From assembly GCF_054482525.1 (NCBI RefSeq), contig NZ_CM137006.1: a stretch of 64,000 nt of DNA. One strand, 5' to 3'. The number at the start of each line of letters is the position of its first letter. Position 1 is the stretch's first letter. The notes under the pieces are model-generated. The model saw nothing but the letters and a program-made list of their open reading frames with translations, did not search any database and was not told the DNA's origin. A program made the position numbers and the translations under genes. Shown one piece after another: positions 21,801 through 31,831 of the stretch.

Positions 21801-21994
21801 ATAACTTCGGCCACGACGAGGTACTGGCGACCCGCATAGATACGACGATTCGCTATACCAAAAGGGCAGAGTGGATTGGCGATCGTTTTAAAGAACGGGA
21901 AATTGCCAACGCATTACGTGAAGAGACCGCCAGCTATAATATTGATATTGATGAGGTGATAGCGCTTGCCCGTCAGCAGAAGGAATATCACTGA
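18899..21994 (+). CDS. hsdR: Type I restriction endonuclease R subunit
   Basis: 1031 aa; SF2 helicase motif I (HTQGSGKSLTMVW) and DEAD-box variant FVFVDECHRTQSG; downstream of hsdM/hsdS. Confidence 0.85.
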   Translation: MSTVGQRERATQQRLIQFFVEDLGYRHLSHRTGYTGNSNIDTNILSAWLKRRGVNDTLITRALRQLDSAAALGEGKKLYYANKEVYRLLRYGVKDKEGAGEQNQTVWLIDWANPQANDFAIADEVTVKGEYCKRPDLVLYVNGIALGVIELKRSSVHVSEGIRQNLDNQKKTFIRDFFTTMQLVMAGNDTQGLRYGTIETPEKYYLEWKEDNPGDYTHKLDFHLSRLCSKSRLLDIVHNYIAFDVGVKKLCRHNQFFGVEAAKQHIARREGGIIWHTQGSGKSLTMVWLAKWIRENVPNSRVLIVTDRTELDEQIESVFMGVNEDIYRTSSGNDLIATLNHPNPWLICSLVHKFGRRSEAEDNAATDAFITELQQSLTKTFRAKGDLFVFVDECHRTQSGKLHNAMTAILPDALFIGFTGTPLMKKDKKKSVEVFGPYIHTYKFDEAVADGVVLDLRYEARDIDQYLTSEKKVDDWFEAKTRGLSNLARTQLKQKWGSMQKLLSSKSRLEQIVNDILLDMDTRPRLMDGRGNAMLVCSSIYQACKVYEMFSQTELAGKVAIVTSYRPDAASIKGEETGEGLTEKLSKHATYRKMLADYFEQSEEKAAARITEFEREMKQRFIEEPGQMRLLIVVDKLLTGFDAPSATYLYIDKTMTDHTLFQAICRVNRLDGEDKEYGYIIDYKDLFRSLDKAITDYTTGAFDDYDRDDVAGLLKDRLEQAQLDLDSALEMVRSLCEPVKTPRSLLDYQHYFCGESGENQTSLNEKEALRLTFYQCVARLLRAYASIANEMPEAGYTAEEVESIRAEVAEFEKLRYEIKLTSGDLLDMKRFEPAMRHLLDMYVRADGSEVLMDFEELSLIELIVEKGLAATVALPDDIRNNQDAMAETIENNVRKTIVDENPVNPKYYGRMSQLLDELITLRRQNALNYQQYLERIRDLCKQVIRPEQTAGACYPATMDTQAKRAFYDNFGHDEVLATRIDTTIRYTKRAEWIGDRFKEREIANALREETASYNIDIDEVIALARQQKEYH

Positions 21995-22710
21995 TGCCAA
22001 TCATGCAAATAGGCTCGTTACACTTGCTGGTCAACCGTAAGGCGATTAAGAATCTGCATATCAGCGTGCTGCCGCCTGATGGCAAAGTACGCGTTTCAGC
22101 GCCGGAACATATGACGGAGACGGCGATTCGTATGGCGGTTGCTTCACGCTTTCGCTGGATCAGAAAACAGCAGCAGGATTTCGCCAGACAGCCTCGTCAA
22201 TCAGAGAGGGAAATGGTCAGCGGAGAGTGCCACTATCTTTGGGGCCGAAGATATCGCCTACTTGTGATTGAGCGTCACGGGCGTCACGAAGTAAAAGTTG
22301 CAGGAAATAATAAGCTCCAGCTTTATGTTCAACCAGGAACCCGTGATGAAAATAAGGCATTGGCGTTAAGTGAATTTTATCGACATGAACTAAAACAGCA
22401 GGTGGCTAAGCTTCTACCTGAATGGCAGGACCGAATCGGTGTTCCCCTAACATTCTGGGGCATCAAAAAGATGAAAACCTTTTGGGGCACCTGTAACACT
22501 ACAACAAAACGAATCTGGCTCAATCTGGAGCTAATTAAGAAGCCGCCGGAGTGTCTGGAGTATATTCTGGTGCATGAACTGGTTCATCTTCTGGAACGTC
22601 ACCATAATGCTCGCTTCCGGTTGCATATGGATCGGTTTATTCCTGACTGGCGTGAGCGTCGGGATTTGTTAAATAATATGCCGTTAGCGTTTGAGGCATG
22701 GGAGTATTGA
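21994..22710 (+). CDS. DUF45/M48-family zinc metallopeptidase (YgjP-like)
   Basis: HEXXH zinc-binding motif in YILVHELVHLLERHHN; start overlaps the hsdR stop. Confidence 0.7.
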   Translation: MPIMQIGSLHLLVNRKAIKNLHISVLPPDGKVRVSAPEHMTETAIRMAVASRFRWIRKQQQDFARQPRQSEREMVSGECHYLWGRRYRLLVIERHGRHEVKVAGNNKLQLYVQPGTRDENKALALSEFYRHELKQQVAKLLPEWQDRIGVPLTFWGIKKMKTFWGTCNTTTKRIWLNLELIKKPPECLEYILVHELVHLLERHHNARFRLHMDRFIPDWRERRDLLNNMPLAFEAWEY

Positions 22711-22839
22711 TTGAGCCTGTAACTGTTTTTTGTCCATAAATTAACCTTCATTTGATGCTGGATTGAACATATCAAAATCAGACAATTACACAAATCTATG
22801 TACAGGCTCTTCAATTTGTTTTTGATCGCTGATGTGACT

Positions 22840-23027
22840 GACAACAAACGCTCACGGAACACTAAATCCCGCTCTTCAGACGTTAACTCGCCTCGCTCAA
22901 TAAGCTCTCTGATAGAATCTCGTGGCGTTGGCGTGACTACTTCAAAACAAAAAGTCTCACCATTTTTCTCGGCGACAAAGTCTGGTCCAGCATCCTTGCT
23001 TTTAATGTCGCTAAAGCCCATCTCCAT
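22840..23027 (-). pseudogene. 5' stub of an unidentified gene
   Basis: The first ~60 codons of ORF 22599..23027 read protein-like (MEMGFSDIKSKDAGPDFVAEKNGETFCFEVVTPTPRDSIRELIERGELTSEERDLV); the rest is low-complexity read-through overlapping the M48 gene. Confidence 0.3.
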
Positions 23028-23062
23028 AAGGTAGCCTGAGTTTAACGGACACTCCTTCGTAA

Positions 23063-23659
23063 GGACGCTGTAAGCAGAAACGCAAGTTCAGAGCGACTAC
23101 GAACTCGAACCACAATCTGCCAGTTGCGCCAAATCTGCTGAACCAGACGTTCGCTCCTACAGCACCAAATCAGGTCTGGGTGGCGGACCTGACGTATGTT
23201 GCCACACAGGAGGGATGGTTGTACCTCGCTGGCATCAAAGATGTTTATACGTGCGAAATTGTCGGCTACGCCATGGGAGAGCGCATGACAAAAGAGCTGA
23301 CAGGTAAAGCCCTGTTTATGGCGCTCAGGAGCCAGCGCCCACCTGCCGGGCTAATCCATCACTCTGATCGAGGTTCACAGTACTGCGCATACGATTACCG
23401 GATCATACAGGAGCAGTTTGGTCTGAAAACGTCAATGTCGCGTAAAGGTAACTGTTACGACAACGCTCCGATGGAAAGCTTCTGGGGAACGCTGAAAAAT
23501 GAGAGCCTGAGCCACTATCGTTTTAATAACCGGGATGAAGCCATCTCAGTAATACGGGAATACATTGAGATTTTCTACAATCGTCAGCGTCGTCACTCTC
23601 GTCTGGGGAATATCTCCCCGGCAGCCTTCAGGGAAAAATATCATCAGATGACTGCTTAA
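23063..23659 (+). mobile_element. IS3-family transposase OrfB 3' fragment (IS remnant; orfA and the OrfB N-terminus are missing)
   Basis: Frame opens right after a stop at 23060 and reads ...SNHNLPVAPNLLNQTFAPTAPNQVWVADLTYV...HHSDRGSQY...GNCYDNAPMESFWGTLK..., i.e. the IS3-type DDE catalytic region without its upstream half. Confidence 0.7.
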
Positions 23660-23901
23660 AAAAGAACAAATGGTAGTGTCCGCTATTGCCAGTACACCTC
23701 AGGTATCAAAAAGCGATAGATGCAGCTAATACACGACATAACCAAGAAATAAATCATTAAACGACAACACTTAATACCATATTGTGAAGATGTTCAGACA
23801 TGGCGGAATTCCCCTATTCTTTGTTGGCACTTACAACAGACTATATTCCGCCATATCTGTCTTTATTGTGTATAAACCATCGATACTGATGTTTGATAGT
23901 G

Positions 23902-25200
23902 CTAAATAATCATTGGCGCAATCACAAAGCCTAATGCCACTCCAGCAATAATTCCCCCCAACCCAGGCAGCATAAATGGATGATTCAGCACATATTTGCC
24001 TACACGAGTTGTGCCGGTAGTATCAAATTCCATGGCAGCCAGTGATGTTGGATACGTTGGCAGTACAAATACTCCGGTGACGGCCACATAGGACGCCAGA
24101 ATTGCCCAGGTGGGCACGTCAAGCGCGACGGCAAGCGGGATAATTAACGGCGTGGTCGCACCTTGCGAGTAGAGCAGCGCGCAAGTGCCAAAAAGAACCA
24201 GCGCCAACAACATCGGATACGCCTGCAAAATATCACCAGCAATATCTTTAATCTCAGTTAAATGCGCATCAATAAAAGTGGTGCCTAACGTTACAATGCC
24301 GAGAATTACCGCCAGCGAACTCATCCCCGCACGGAATGTGGAGGTGAGAATAATGGCATCGGTCGCCGTCTTACACAGCACCACCATCAGGCAGGCGGCA
24401 GAGAGCATACAGATAATAATGATATCGCGTGTTTCCATCGGTTTACCGATATCAAAACCCGGACGCAGTTGGGGGAAGGCAGCAAGAATAACAATAGCGA
24501 CCGTCGCCAGCAGGAACAATCCGACGGAGAGCGTCGCACCTGGCTTGATGCTGCTATTATTCTCGTATTTTTGCACCAGTCCTTTTTGCAGGCGCTCAAG
24601 GTAGACCTCGTCATCCTGCAACTCACATCCCTGTCGGGAAGCAATAAAAGCGGCGACCATCGCGGCAGCAAAAGAGGTGGGAAGACATACCGACATCACT
24701 TGAATAAAACTGACACCGTTTACCTCCATAATAGTGAGCATAGCCGCCATTGCGGCGCTGATCGGCGAACCGGAAATCGCAACCTGCGAAGCGACAACCG
24801 AACCGGCAAGCGTGCGGGAAGGACGGATACCGGACTCTTTCGCCACTTCAGCAATCACCGGCAGCGTGGAAAAAACAATAAACCCAGTACCGGCCATAAT
24901 GGTCATAGACCAGGTGATAATCGGCGCGATTATGTTGATATATTTCGGGTTACGCCGCATAAAATTACCAGCGACGCATACCAGATAATCCATTCCGCCT
25001 GCGGCCTGTAAGGCTGAGGCCGCCACAACAACGGTCATAATAATCAGGATCACGTCGACTGGCGGCGACCCCATAGGCAGACCAAATCCCAGAGTCAGAA
25101 TGGCAAGCCCAAGCCCGCCACATAAACCAATACCGATTCCCCCCTGGCGAATACCAAAAAATATTGCACCAAGTACTACGATAATTTCCAGCCAAACCAT
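23902..25200 (-). CDS. anaerobic C4-dicarboxylate transporter, DcuA/DcuB family
   Basis: 432-aa polytopic membrane protein alignable along its length to recalled DcuA (MVWLEIIVVLGAIFFGIRQGGIGIG... vs DcuA MLVVELIIVLLAIFLGARLGGIGIG...). Confidence 0.8.
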   Translation of the reverse strand: MVWLEIIVVLGAIFFGIRQGGIGIGLCGGLGLAILTLGFGLPMGSPPVDVILIIMTVVVAASALQAAGGMDYLVCVAGNFMRRNPKYINIIAPIITWSMTIMAGTGFIVFSTLPVIAEVAKESGIRPSRTLAGSVVASQVAISGSPISAAMAAMLTIMEVNGVSFIQVMSVCLPTSFAAAMVAAFIASRQGCELQDDEVYLERLQKGLVQKYENNSSIKPGATLSVGLFLLATVAIVILAAFPQLRPGFDIGKPMETRDIIIICMLSAACLMVVLCKTATDAIILTSTFRAGMSSLAVILGIVTLGTTFIDAHLTEIKDIAGDILQAYPMLLALVLFGTCALLYSQGATTPLIIPLAVALDVPTWAILASYVAVTGVFVLPTYPTSLAAMEFDTTGTTRVGKYVLNHPFMLPGLGGIIAGVALGFVIAPMII

Positions 25201-25265
25201 AATGTTCTCCGTTATAAATATAATTCAGTTAAAAGCGAATAACTTTCTGGCTGCGATTTAAATGA

Positions 25266-25985
25266 TTATTGGGTTAAAAGATAATGTTTACCGACACGAT
25301 TTTCGTACCATTTTATTCCGGCACGAACGAGTGACGCCGTTGAGTCAATATAGCGGGAAGGCTGCTCTTTAACGGCTTGCGCCAGAATAACCGGAATTTC
25401 TGTACAACCAAGAACAAGGATTTCTGCACCGCGAGAAAATAATATTTCAGCCTGCTCATTCATCAACTTTTGTGCGTGCGCTATATTGCCAGCTTTCAAG
25501 GAATAAATACTTTCCATCACTTTTTTCTGACCGTCGGCATCGGGGCTGACACAGGTAAATCCCAGCGACTCAATTCCTTTTTGGTATAAACCCATATATA
25601 GCGTGGCATTGGTGGCTAACAAGCCAATTCGGGTTTTACCACAGGCGCGAACTTCATTGATCGTAGTTTCTACGATACTTAATATATCAATATGACAAGC
25701 ATCTTTTAATTCTTTGAACCAGTAATGCGCGGTATTACAGGGAATAACAATACATTCTGCCCCGGCATCTTCCAGCTTATGCATATAATCACGCATAACG
25801 GGTAATGGTGAACGCCCATGATGCATTAATGCATCGGTACGGTCAGGAATATCCGGGATCGAAGAAATAATTAAAGGAATATGTTCCTGATCACATTGTG
25901 CAGCGGTAAAAGTTACAAATTTATTAAACAGGTCGACGGTAGCTGCCGGCCCCATTCCACCGAGTACACCAATTAAACCTTTCAC
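25266..25985 (-). CDS. aspartate/glutamate racemase family protein
   Basis: 239 aa; GGMGP motif near the N-terminus (GVLGGMGPAAT) and a CNTAH-type Cys region (IVIPCNTAHYW). Confidence 0.75.
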   Translation of the reverse strand: MKGLIGVLGGMGPAATVDLFNKFVTFTAAQCDQEHIPLIISSIPDIPDRTDALMHHGRSPLPVMRDYMHKLEDAGAECIVIPCNTAHYWFKELKDACHIDILSIVETTINEVRACGKTRIGLLATNATLYMGLYQKGIESLGFTCVSPDADGQKKVMESIYSLKAGNIAHAQKLMNEQAEILFSRGAEILVLGCTEIPVILAQAVKEQPSRYIDSTASLVRAGIKWYENRVGKHYLLTQ

Positions 25986-26329
25986 AATACCTGCCTCTCA
26001 AAACGTTAATGACAATACGCGGTAAATAACTGCTGCTCTCTTTTTTAACAGTCGAAATGGGCGATGAGAAATGCAAGGTTGTACAAGGCGATGCAAGACA
26101 CGCATGATGCAGCTATGGAACATTCCGCTTATTCACCATAGTGATGATGTATTCTGGTTATCTGACGGAAAAATTTCGTTTTTTTGGCGAAATGTGATAT
26201 CAACGTCAATACCGGAAATGAAGGAGTTATGCACAAAACGAATGATAAAGGCCAGGTTGTGCTAATTGAGAACATTATTTTTATTGCCGGGATGTTTTAT
26301 TATGTCTTTGGATTGAAAATACAGGTGCC

Positions 26330-27274
26330 ATGGTAATGAAGAATATCGAGACAAAATGGTTATACGATTTCCTGACACTGGAAGCCTGTCGCCATTTTTC
26401 TCAGGCGGCAAAAGAGCGTAATCTTTCGCAACCCGCATTCAGCCGACGAATTAAGGCGCTGGAGGCAGCGATCGGCGTTGTTTTATTCGATCGCACGACC
26501 ACCCCTTTACAATTAACCGAAGAGGGCAAGCTCTTTCATTCCCAGACTCGCAGCTTATTACAGCAGCTTGAATGCAATTTGGGGGAGTTAAACGGCCAGA
26601 GTTTACTCGGCGTTCCCAACATTAAAATTGCAGCCGCGCACTCACTATCCCTGAGCGTATTACCCAAACTGGTGCATTCACTTACCGCCTATGGCGGAGA
26701 ATTTGTCTATCATGTTGAAGCAATTGATGTTGTCCAGGCCGTAAATACGTTACGCGAAGGCAAGAGTGACTTTATTATTTCGTTTCGCGATGAAGATCTT
26801 ATGCAATCGCCTTTTTGCTGCCTGAAACTGTTTGAATCTGAGTTGTACCCGGTATGTGCCGCCGACGCACAGGGGCACCCTGTATTCGATATCACTCAGC
26901 CCCAGGTTCCTTTGCTCAACTATACCGCCACATCTTATATGGGCAGGTTGGTCAATCGTCATCTGGCAGAGGTTGGAGGTATTACCGGGCGCACGATATT
27001 TATCTCTTCGATGAGCGAGTTATTAAAGAATATGGCGCTCAACGGATACGGCATTGCCTGGTTACCGATCTGGTCGATCGTCGATGAACTACAGACCAAA
27101 CGTCTGATATGCCTTGATGCTGCTAAATTGACAGTCCCCATTCAGGCTTATATTTACCGAATGAACACCCGACTGAATAGAACCGCCGAGAACCTCTGGC
27201 GTATTTTACAGGAACATATGCCAGACGATTTAATCCAGCAGATATCAATGGAAGAGCCAGCACGCCGCAATTGA
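26330..27274 (+). CDS. LysR-family transcriptional regulator
   Basis: N-terminal HTH (LTLEACRHFSQAAKERNLSQPAFSRRIKALE) and LysR substrate-binding domain; divergent from the racemase/transporter pair. Confidence 0.8.
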   Translation: MVMKNIETKWLYDFLTLEACRHFSQAAKERNLSQPAFSRRIKALEAAIGVVLFDRTTTPLQLTEEGKLFHSQTRSLLQQLECNLGELNGQSLLGVPNIKIAAAHSLSLSVLPKLVHSLTAYGGEFVYHVEAIDVVQAVNTLREGKSDFIISFRDEDLMQSPFCCLKLFESELYPVCAADAQGHPVFDITQPQVPLLNYTATSYMGRLVNRHLAEVGGITGRTIFISSMSELLKNMALNGYGIAWLPIWSIVDELQTKRLICLDAAKLTVPIQAYIYRMNTRLNRTAENLWRILQEHMPDDLIQQISMEEPARRN

Positions 27275-27329
27275 CGACGTGCAATAAATATCCTCCGGCA
27301 TAGCCGGAGGTTTTTCAAATGCGCCTATA

Positions 27330-28030
27330 AGGCTCTCTTACCAGCCGCGCCCTAACAGGCGCACACGATCTGACATTTGCATCCAACTTCGTTACTTACG
27401 GTCCGTAAACGGGCTGCCCGGACAGGGAATCGATAACTGCTCTCCCATTTTATCCTCTTCAAGCTGGTGCTTTATGTAATCCTGTATCTTCGCCGTGTTC
27501 TTACCCACTGTATCGACGTAGTCCCCCCTGCACCAGAACTCCCTGTTCCTGTATTTGAATTTCAAATCACCAAACTGCTCGTAAAGCATCAGACTGCTTT
27601 TCCCTTTCAGATATCCCATAAACCCGGATACGCTCATTTTGGGCGGGATCTCCACAAGCATATGGATATGATCTGCACAGCATTCAGCTTCCAGAATCCG
27701 TACGCTTTTCCACTCACACAGCTTTCTCAAAATACTGCCTGTTGCTCTACGCTTCTCTCTGTAGAACACCTGTCTTCGGTATTTTGGCGCAAAAAACTAT
27801 GTGATATTTACAGTTCCATCGGGTGTGCGCTAAGCTCTTTTCGTTCCCCATTGGGACCCCCTTTTGATTTCTTGTTTGACACTTGCAGTTGCCAGACCGC
27901 AAGGTGTTTTAACAAATCAAAAGGGGTTTTAATAACTGGCTCAAAGCTGAAAGCTTTCCGGAACCCCCAGCCTAGCTGGGAGTTTTCTGTGCACAAAAAA
28001 ACCCTGTAAAAAACTTACAGGGGTATAAGG
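27330..28030 (-). mobile_element. IS200-like element (IS200/IS605 family)
   Basis: Y1/HUH TnpA coding region plus the 5' stem-loops typical of IS200 (CCCCTTTTGATTT...AAATCAAAAGGGG and CCCTGTAAAAAACTTACAGGG at 28003..28023). Element ends are approximate. Confidence 0.7.
27392..27850 (-). pseudogene. tnpA: IS200 TnpA with +1 frameshift in a homopolymer run
   Basis: ATG at 27850 gives MGNEKSLAHTRWNCKYHIVF then leaves frame; the downstream frame (track ORF 27392..27769) carries the rest of TnpA including HIHMLVEIPPK. One extra base in the A6 run at 27791..27796 (T-run on the coding strand) explains it. Confidence 0.7.
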
Positions 28031-28620
28031 CTTAGCCTAACTTGCGTCTGTTGCATGGTGCCGGGTGCCTCCCGGTGAATTCAGTCGGTGTCACTGAACC
28101 CGCGTAGGCTTCGCTCATAACATAATAAATGCTATGTACACCAGTCGCCCCACCGCACAGGGGGATTCACCACACGGCGCACTTTTTAACAAATATCCCT
28201 CCGGCCAGACAATAATAAACATAATGAATTGTGATCTTCTTAACAGTTTTAAAGTGTTACAGATAACATGCCAAGTAATTGCTTGTTTTTTCATCAATAG
28301 GAAGACCACACCAACAACCCCAGCTATCAGCCAGAACCGACATTATCCGGCTGATAAAATCTACCATCACTCCAACACCAATCACCGCCTGTGCCAGATC
28401 GCGTTTCTCAAACTTTTTAATCTCTGTTGCCACTCTGCGGGTTTTCTTTTTGAATTTTGAAAATACCAAATATCGTGACGTTTCTTTGGGGGATGAGCTA
28501 TCAAGCGGGAACGATCTGCCTACAGAGAAAGTCAGCCAGACCACTCTGCAAATTATCCCCGAAAGGCTCTGTGGCTGATATGCGCCGGGCATGGCGCAAT
28601 GGGCCAGTGGCAGTGTGTGA

Positions 28621-28689
28621 TGGTGGCCCTTACTGGATTTGAACCAGCGACCAAGCGATTATGAGTCCTCTTACCACTGAGCTAAAGGG
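28621..28689 (-). tRNA. degenerate tRNA-like remnant (CAU-anticodon, tRNA-Ile2/Met-like), probably non-functional
   Basis: Minus-strand sequence CCCTTTAGCTCAGTGGTAAGAGGACTCATAATCGCTTGGTCGCTGGTTCAAATCCAGTAAGGGCCACCA has a T-arm, 3' acceptor strand and CCA, but the 5' acceptor strand and anticodon stem do not pair properly. Confidence 0.45.
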
Positions 28690-29462
28690 TTGGAGAACGC
28701 AATATCACCTGTCTTATATGATTACACCCAGAATTTCCCGGACTGTCTTGTCAAAACATTCAGTCTCCAATTCCCACCAATAGCAAGACGGTCACTATGA
28801 CAGCATCTCCGGAATGAGCTCAGGGCACGGGGGTTTACCGAGGTTACTTTTCCAACGAAGTTTCTCAAACGCAGGCGTGATAACATTCAAACTTAGGATC
28901 TCAGTTGCTATCTTTTCCCATGTCTTACGGATTAATGTCATCGGTTGCATACAAATCGCTACAAGCTGCATCAAGGCACATGCTTCATATGTACAGTACA
29001 CCAAGATGGATAGGTGTTTCACCTAATCCTAGCTCATTTCAGGCAGGCTCAACAGGCTGCAGCCCGCATGTTTAAGGGCGCAGGTTATCAGCAGGTTATA
29101 AGCTGACCGGATACATTCCGGCAAAGAAAAACCTTGCAGCGATGAAAGCCGTTTCGGTAATGCAATGACGATAAAGCTGTCCTGTATATATGTGCTTCGC
29201 CTCAAACGCTTGCCGTTTTGGTATTGTGCACATGCCGTCTGAACGATGTGGAGCCAGAAAAATGGATGCGTTATGTCATTGAGCATATCTAGGACTGGCC
29301 GGCAAACCGGGTACACGATCTGTTGCTCTAAATAGTTGAGCTGGCCTCTCAGTAAATATCAATACGGTTTTGGTGAGCCGCTTACCACTGAAGCATCACT
29401 TCGGCAGGTAGATTTCTGCAGGCAGAATGGCGCTTACCTTAGCGATAAGCGCGTAAATGTGG

Positions 29463-30476
29463 TTATTCAATACCTGTGGTGACTGTAAAAGTGCGCGTTT
29501 GCTGCGGTGCAACCTGAATCAGCGTGCCATTACGTTGCGCGGCAAGATACCCCTCAGGTCGACAGGTTGCTGGTAATGCAAAGGCGGCTACCTGTTGCTC
29601 GCCGTTATAAAGGATCCAGCGTGTCACATAATTTAGTTCAGCACTGGAGAAACGAGTAACAAACGTAGTGCCATCGGGAGCGATCATGCGAAACTCTGGC
29701 TGATCTGTGTAAGCGTCCAGTTTGTCTGCAAAGAAGACTATTTCTGGATCATAAAATTCCGGTTGATTCAGCGTCGACAGAGAGGCTTCTCCCTGCATAA
29801 TCCGTTGATTAAACGCCAGCCACTGGGCGGTGGGATTAACATGCGAAGGTACTGATTCACGCAACCTTAATATTTCGTCCGGTATATTCTGGCTGAACGT
29901 AGCATTTGGTATATATGCATAATTCATGTGGCACATATATTGTAGTGGCATATCTACAGAAGCCAGATTGGTTACGGCCATCTTAATATCGAACAATGTA
30001 GAGGATTTGTGAAGGACCACTGTTGGCTGAGCCAGATAATGATGCCCGAACCCCATTACATACTCGTAACGCCCGGTAAGGCGTAACATATCTCCCTCTA
30101 ATTCCATCCATGCTTCATCCATCGCGGCACAGGCCATTTCACCGTGTAGCAGATGAGTATCTTCCGCAGATGGGCAGCCATTAGCCAGCAAACCTGAATG
30201 AAAGGCAAAACAGCCATAGGTCTCTATCACCTCTGTCGCCGGTTTAGGCTGGCGAAACATATTGCACATGGTGAGACTGTGTCCATCAAATTGCGCATCC
30301 CAAATCATCTGCCCCATCCAGGGAAGAATAATTAAATGTCCACGACTGTTTGCAATTTTAAGCCCCTCGACACCACTGTCATAGCGAAAAGACGTGACAG
30401 TAAAATCACTATTTTCCAGCAAGATACGAGGTTTTTCGCCAAAAAGCGCCCGCCACAAATAAATACGCGTACTCAT
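29463..30476 (-). CDS. deoX: mutarotase-like protein of the deoxyribose utilisation operon
   Basis: 337-aa ORF, last gene of a kinase-permease-X operon with a divergent DeoR regulator, matching the deoK-deoP-deoX / deoQ arrangement. Confidence 0.55.
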   Translation of the reverse strand: MSTRIYLWRALFGEKPRILLENSDFTVTSFRYDSGVEGLKIANSRGHLIILPWMGQMIWDAQFDGHSLTMCNMFRQPKPATEVIETYGCFAFHSGLLANGCPSAEDTHLLHGEMACAAMDEAWMELEGDMLRLTGRYEYVMGFGHHYLAQPTVVLHKSSTLFDIKMAVTNLASVDMPLQYMCHMNYAYIPNATFSQNIPDEILRLRESVPSHVNPTAQWLAFNQRIMQGEASLSTLNQPEFYDPEIVFFADKLDAYTDQPEFRMIAPDGTTFVTRFSSAELNYVTRWILYNGEQQVAAFALPATCRPEGYLAAQRNGTLIQVAPQQTRTFTVTTGIE

Positions 30477-30487
30477 AACGATTCTCC

Positions 30488-31804
30488 TCAGGACTCTGTG
30501 ACTTCAGCCAGTGCATTACGTACTTTGCTTTCACGCCAGAAGTAGACACCGACATAGACAAAACAGAGCATAGAAACCAGGAATGAAAGCTGTAGTGAGT
30601 GGAACATATCTGCAATATACCCCTGAATTGCCGGAACCACCGCTGCGCCAACAATAGCCATAACAATGACTGCTCCTGCCATTTCTGTATGTTGGTTATC
30701 AACTGTATCCAGTGTTCCTGCATAGATCGTCGCCCAGCAAGGGCCAAACAAAACACTTACCAGGACGGCGACATAGACCGCGCTGAAACTTGGAGCCAGT
30801 GCAACATATGCCAGAAACAGCGCCCCTATAACGGAATAGAGAATTAGGACTTTTTCCGGATTAAAACGTGTCATAAGGATGTTGGCTATAAACTTGCCAA
30901 TAAAGAAGCAGGCAAAGCTGTAGACCATGAAGTTTGAAGCATCACGTTCGTTGATATCGCCCAACTCCAGTGCCAGACGGATGGTAAATGACCATACTGC
31001 GACCTGCATACCCACATAAAGGAATTGAGCCACAATACCACGACGAAAGCGCGAATTTTTAGCCAGATAGCGCAGCGTATCCATTGCTGACGGGCGTTTA
31101 TGGTGACTTGTCTGTGCCACTTTACAGGTTGGGAAGCGGGTTAAAAGGAACAACACCATGACCACAACAAGAATCATAATCATATACTTATACGGTTCAA
31201 GGGTGTTCTCTAACATCAGCACCTTAAAGTTGTGAATTTGCTCGGCGTTCATTCCGGACATCTGCTTCTCAAGGCTTTCCCCCTCGGAGAAAACCAGATA
31301 TTTGCCCAATAAAATACCAGACGCAGCACCAATCGGATAAAAGGTCTGGCTGATATTGAGCCGCAATGTGGCATAGGCTTTTGGACCGATCATTGAACTG
31401 TATGTGTTCGCTGCAGTTTCAAGGAAACTCAGGCCAATCGCAATCGCAAAAATAGCTGCAAGGAACATAGTGTAGGTTGCCATATGCGAGGCAGGGAAAA
31501 AAAGTGTACAACCACCAATATACAGCGTCAGGCCAATTAAAATTGCCACCTTATAACTGGTCTTTTTAATCACAAGGGATGCTGGTATTGCAATTAAAAA
31601 ATAACCTCCATAAAATGCGCTCTGCACCAATGCTGAAGCAAAGTTACTTAGCGAAAATACACTTTTGAATTGAGTGATTAATATGTCATTTAATGCAGCT
31701 GCGCATCCCCATAGCGGGAATAAACACGATAACAAAATAAACTGGAACAAGGGAGTCTTATTCAGATACCCATCAGGCATCTGAATGATGTTTTTATCGT
31801 TCAT
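30488..31804 (-). CDS. deoP: deoxyribose permease, FucP-like MFS transporter
   Basis: 438-aa 12-TM MFS protein of the fucose-permease type, between the kinase and deoX. Confidence 0.65.
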   Translation of the reverse strand: MNDKNIIQMPDGYLNKTPLFQFILLSCLFPLWGCAAALNDILITQFKSVFSLSNFASALVQSAFYGGYFLIAIPASLVIKKTSYKVAILIGLTLYIGGCTLFFPASHMATYTMFLAAIFAIAIGLSFLETAANTYSSMIGPKAYATLRLNISQTFYPIGAASGILLGKYLVFSEGESLEKQMSGMNAEQIHNFKVLMLENTLEPYKYMIMILVVVMVLFLLTRFPTCKVAQTSHHKRPSAMDTLRYLAKNSRFRRGIVAQFLYVGMQVAVWSFTIRLALELGDINERDASNFMVYSFACFFIGKFIANILMTRFNPEKVLILYSVIGALFLAYVALAPSFSAVYVAVLVSVLFGPCWATIYAGTLDTVDNQHTEMAGAVIVMAIVGAAVVPAIQGYIADMFHSLQLSFLVSMLCFVYVGVYFWRESKVRNALAEVTES

Positions 31805-31831
31805 AGTGCTACCTTTAACTGTGCAGGATGA

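Noticed and set aside
24469..25011. 180-aa plus-strand ORF
   Set aside because: Antisense to the DcuA-family transporter gene; Arg-rich low-complexity translation.
28134..28592. 108-aa (plus) and 111-aa (minus) overlapping ORFs
   Set aside because: Mutually antisense, low-complexity, no RBS or motif; a small real gene cannot be excluded but is not supportable.
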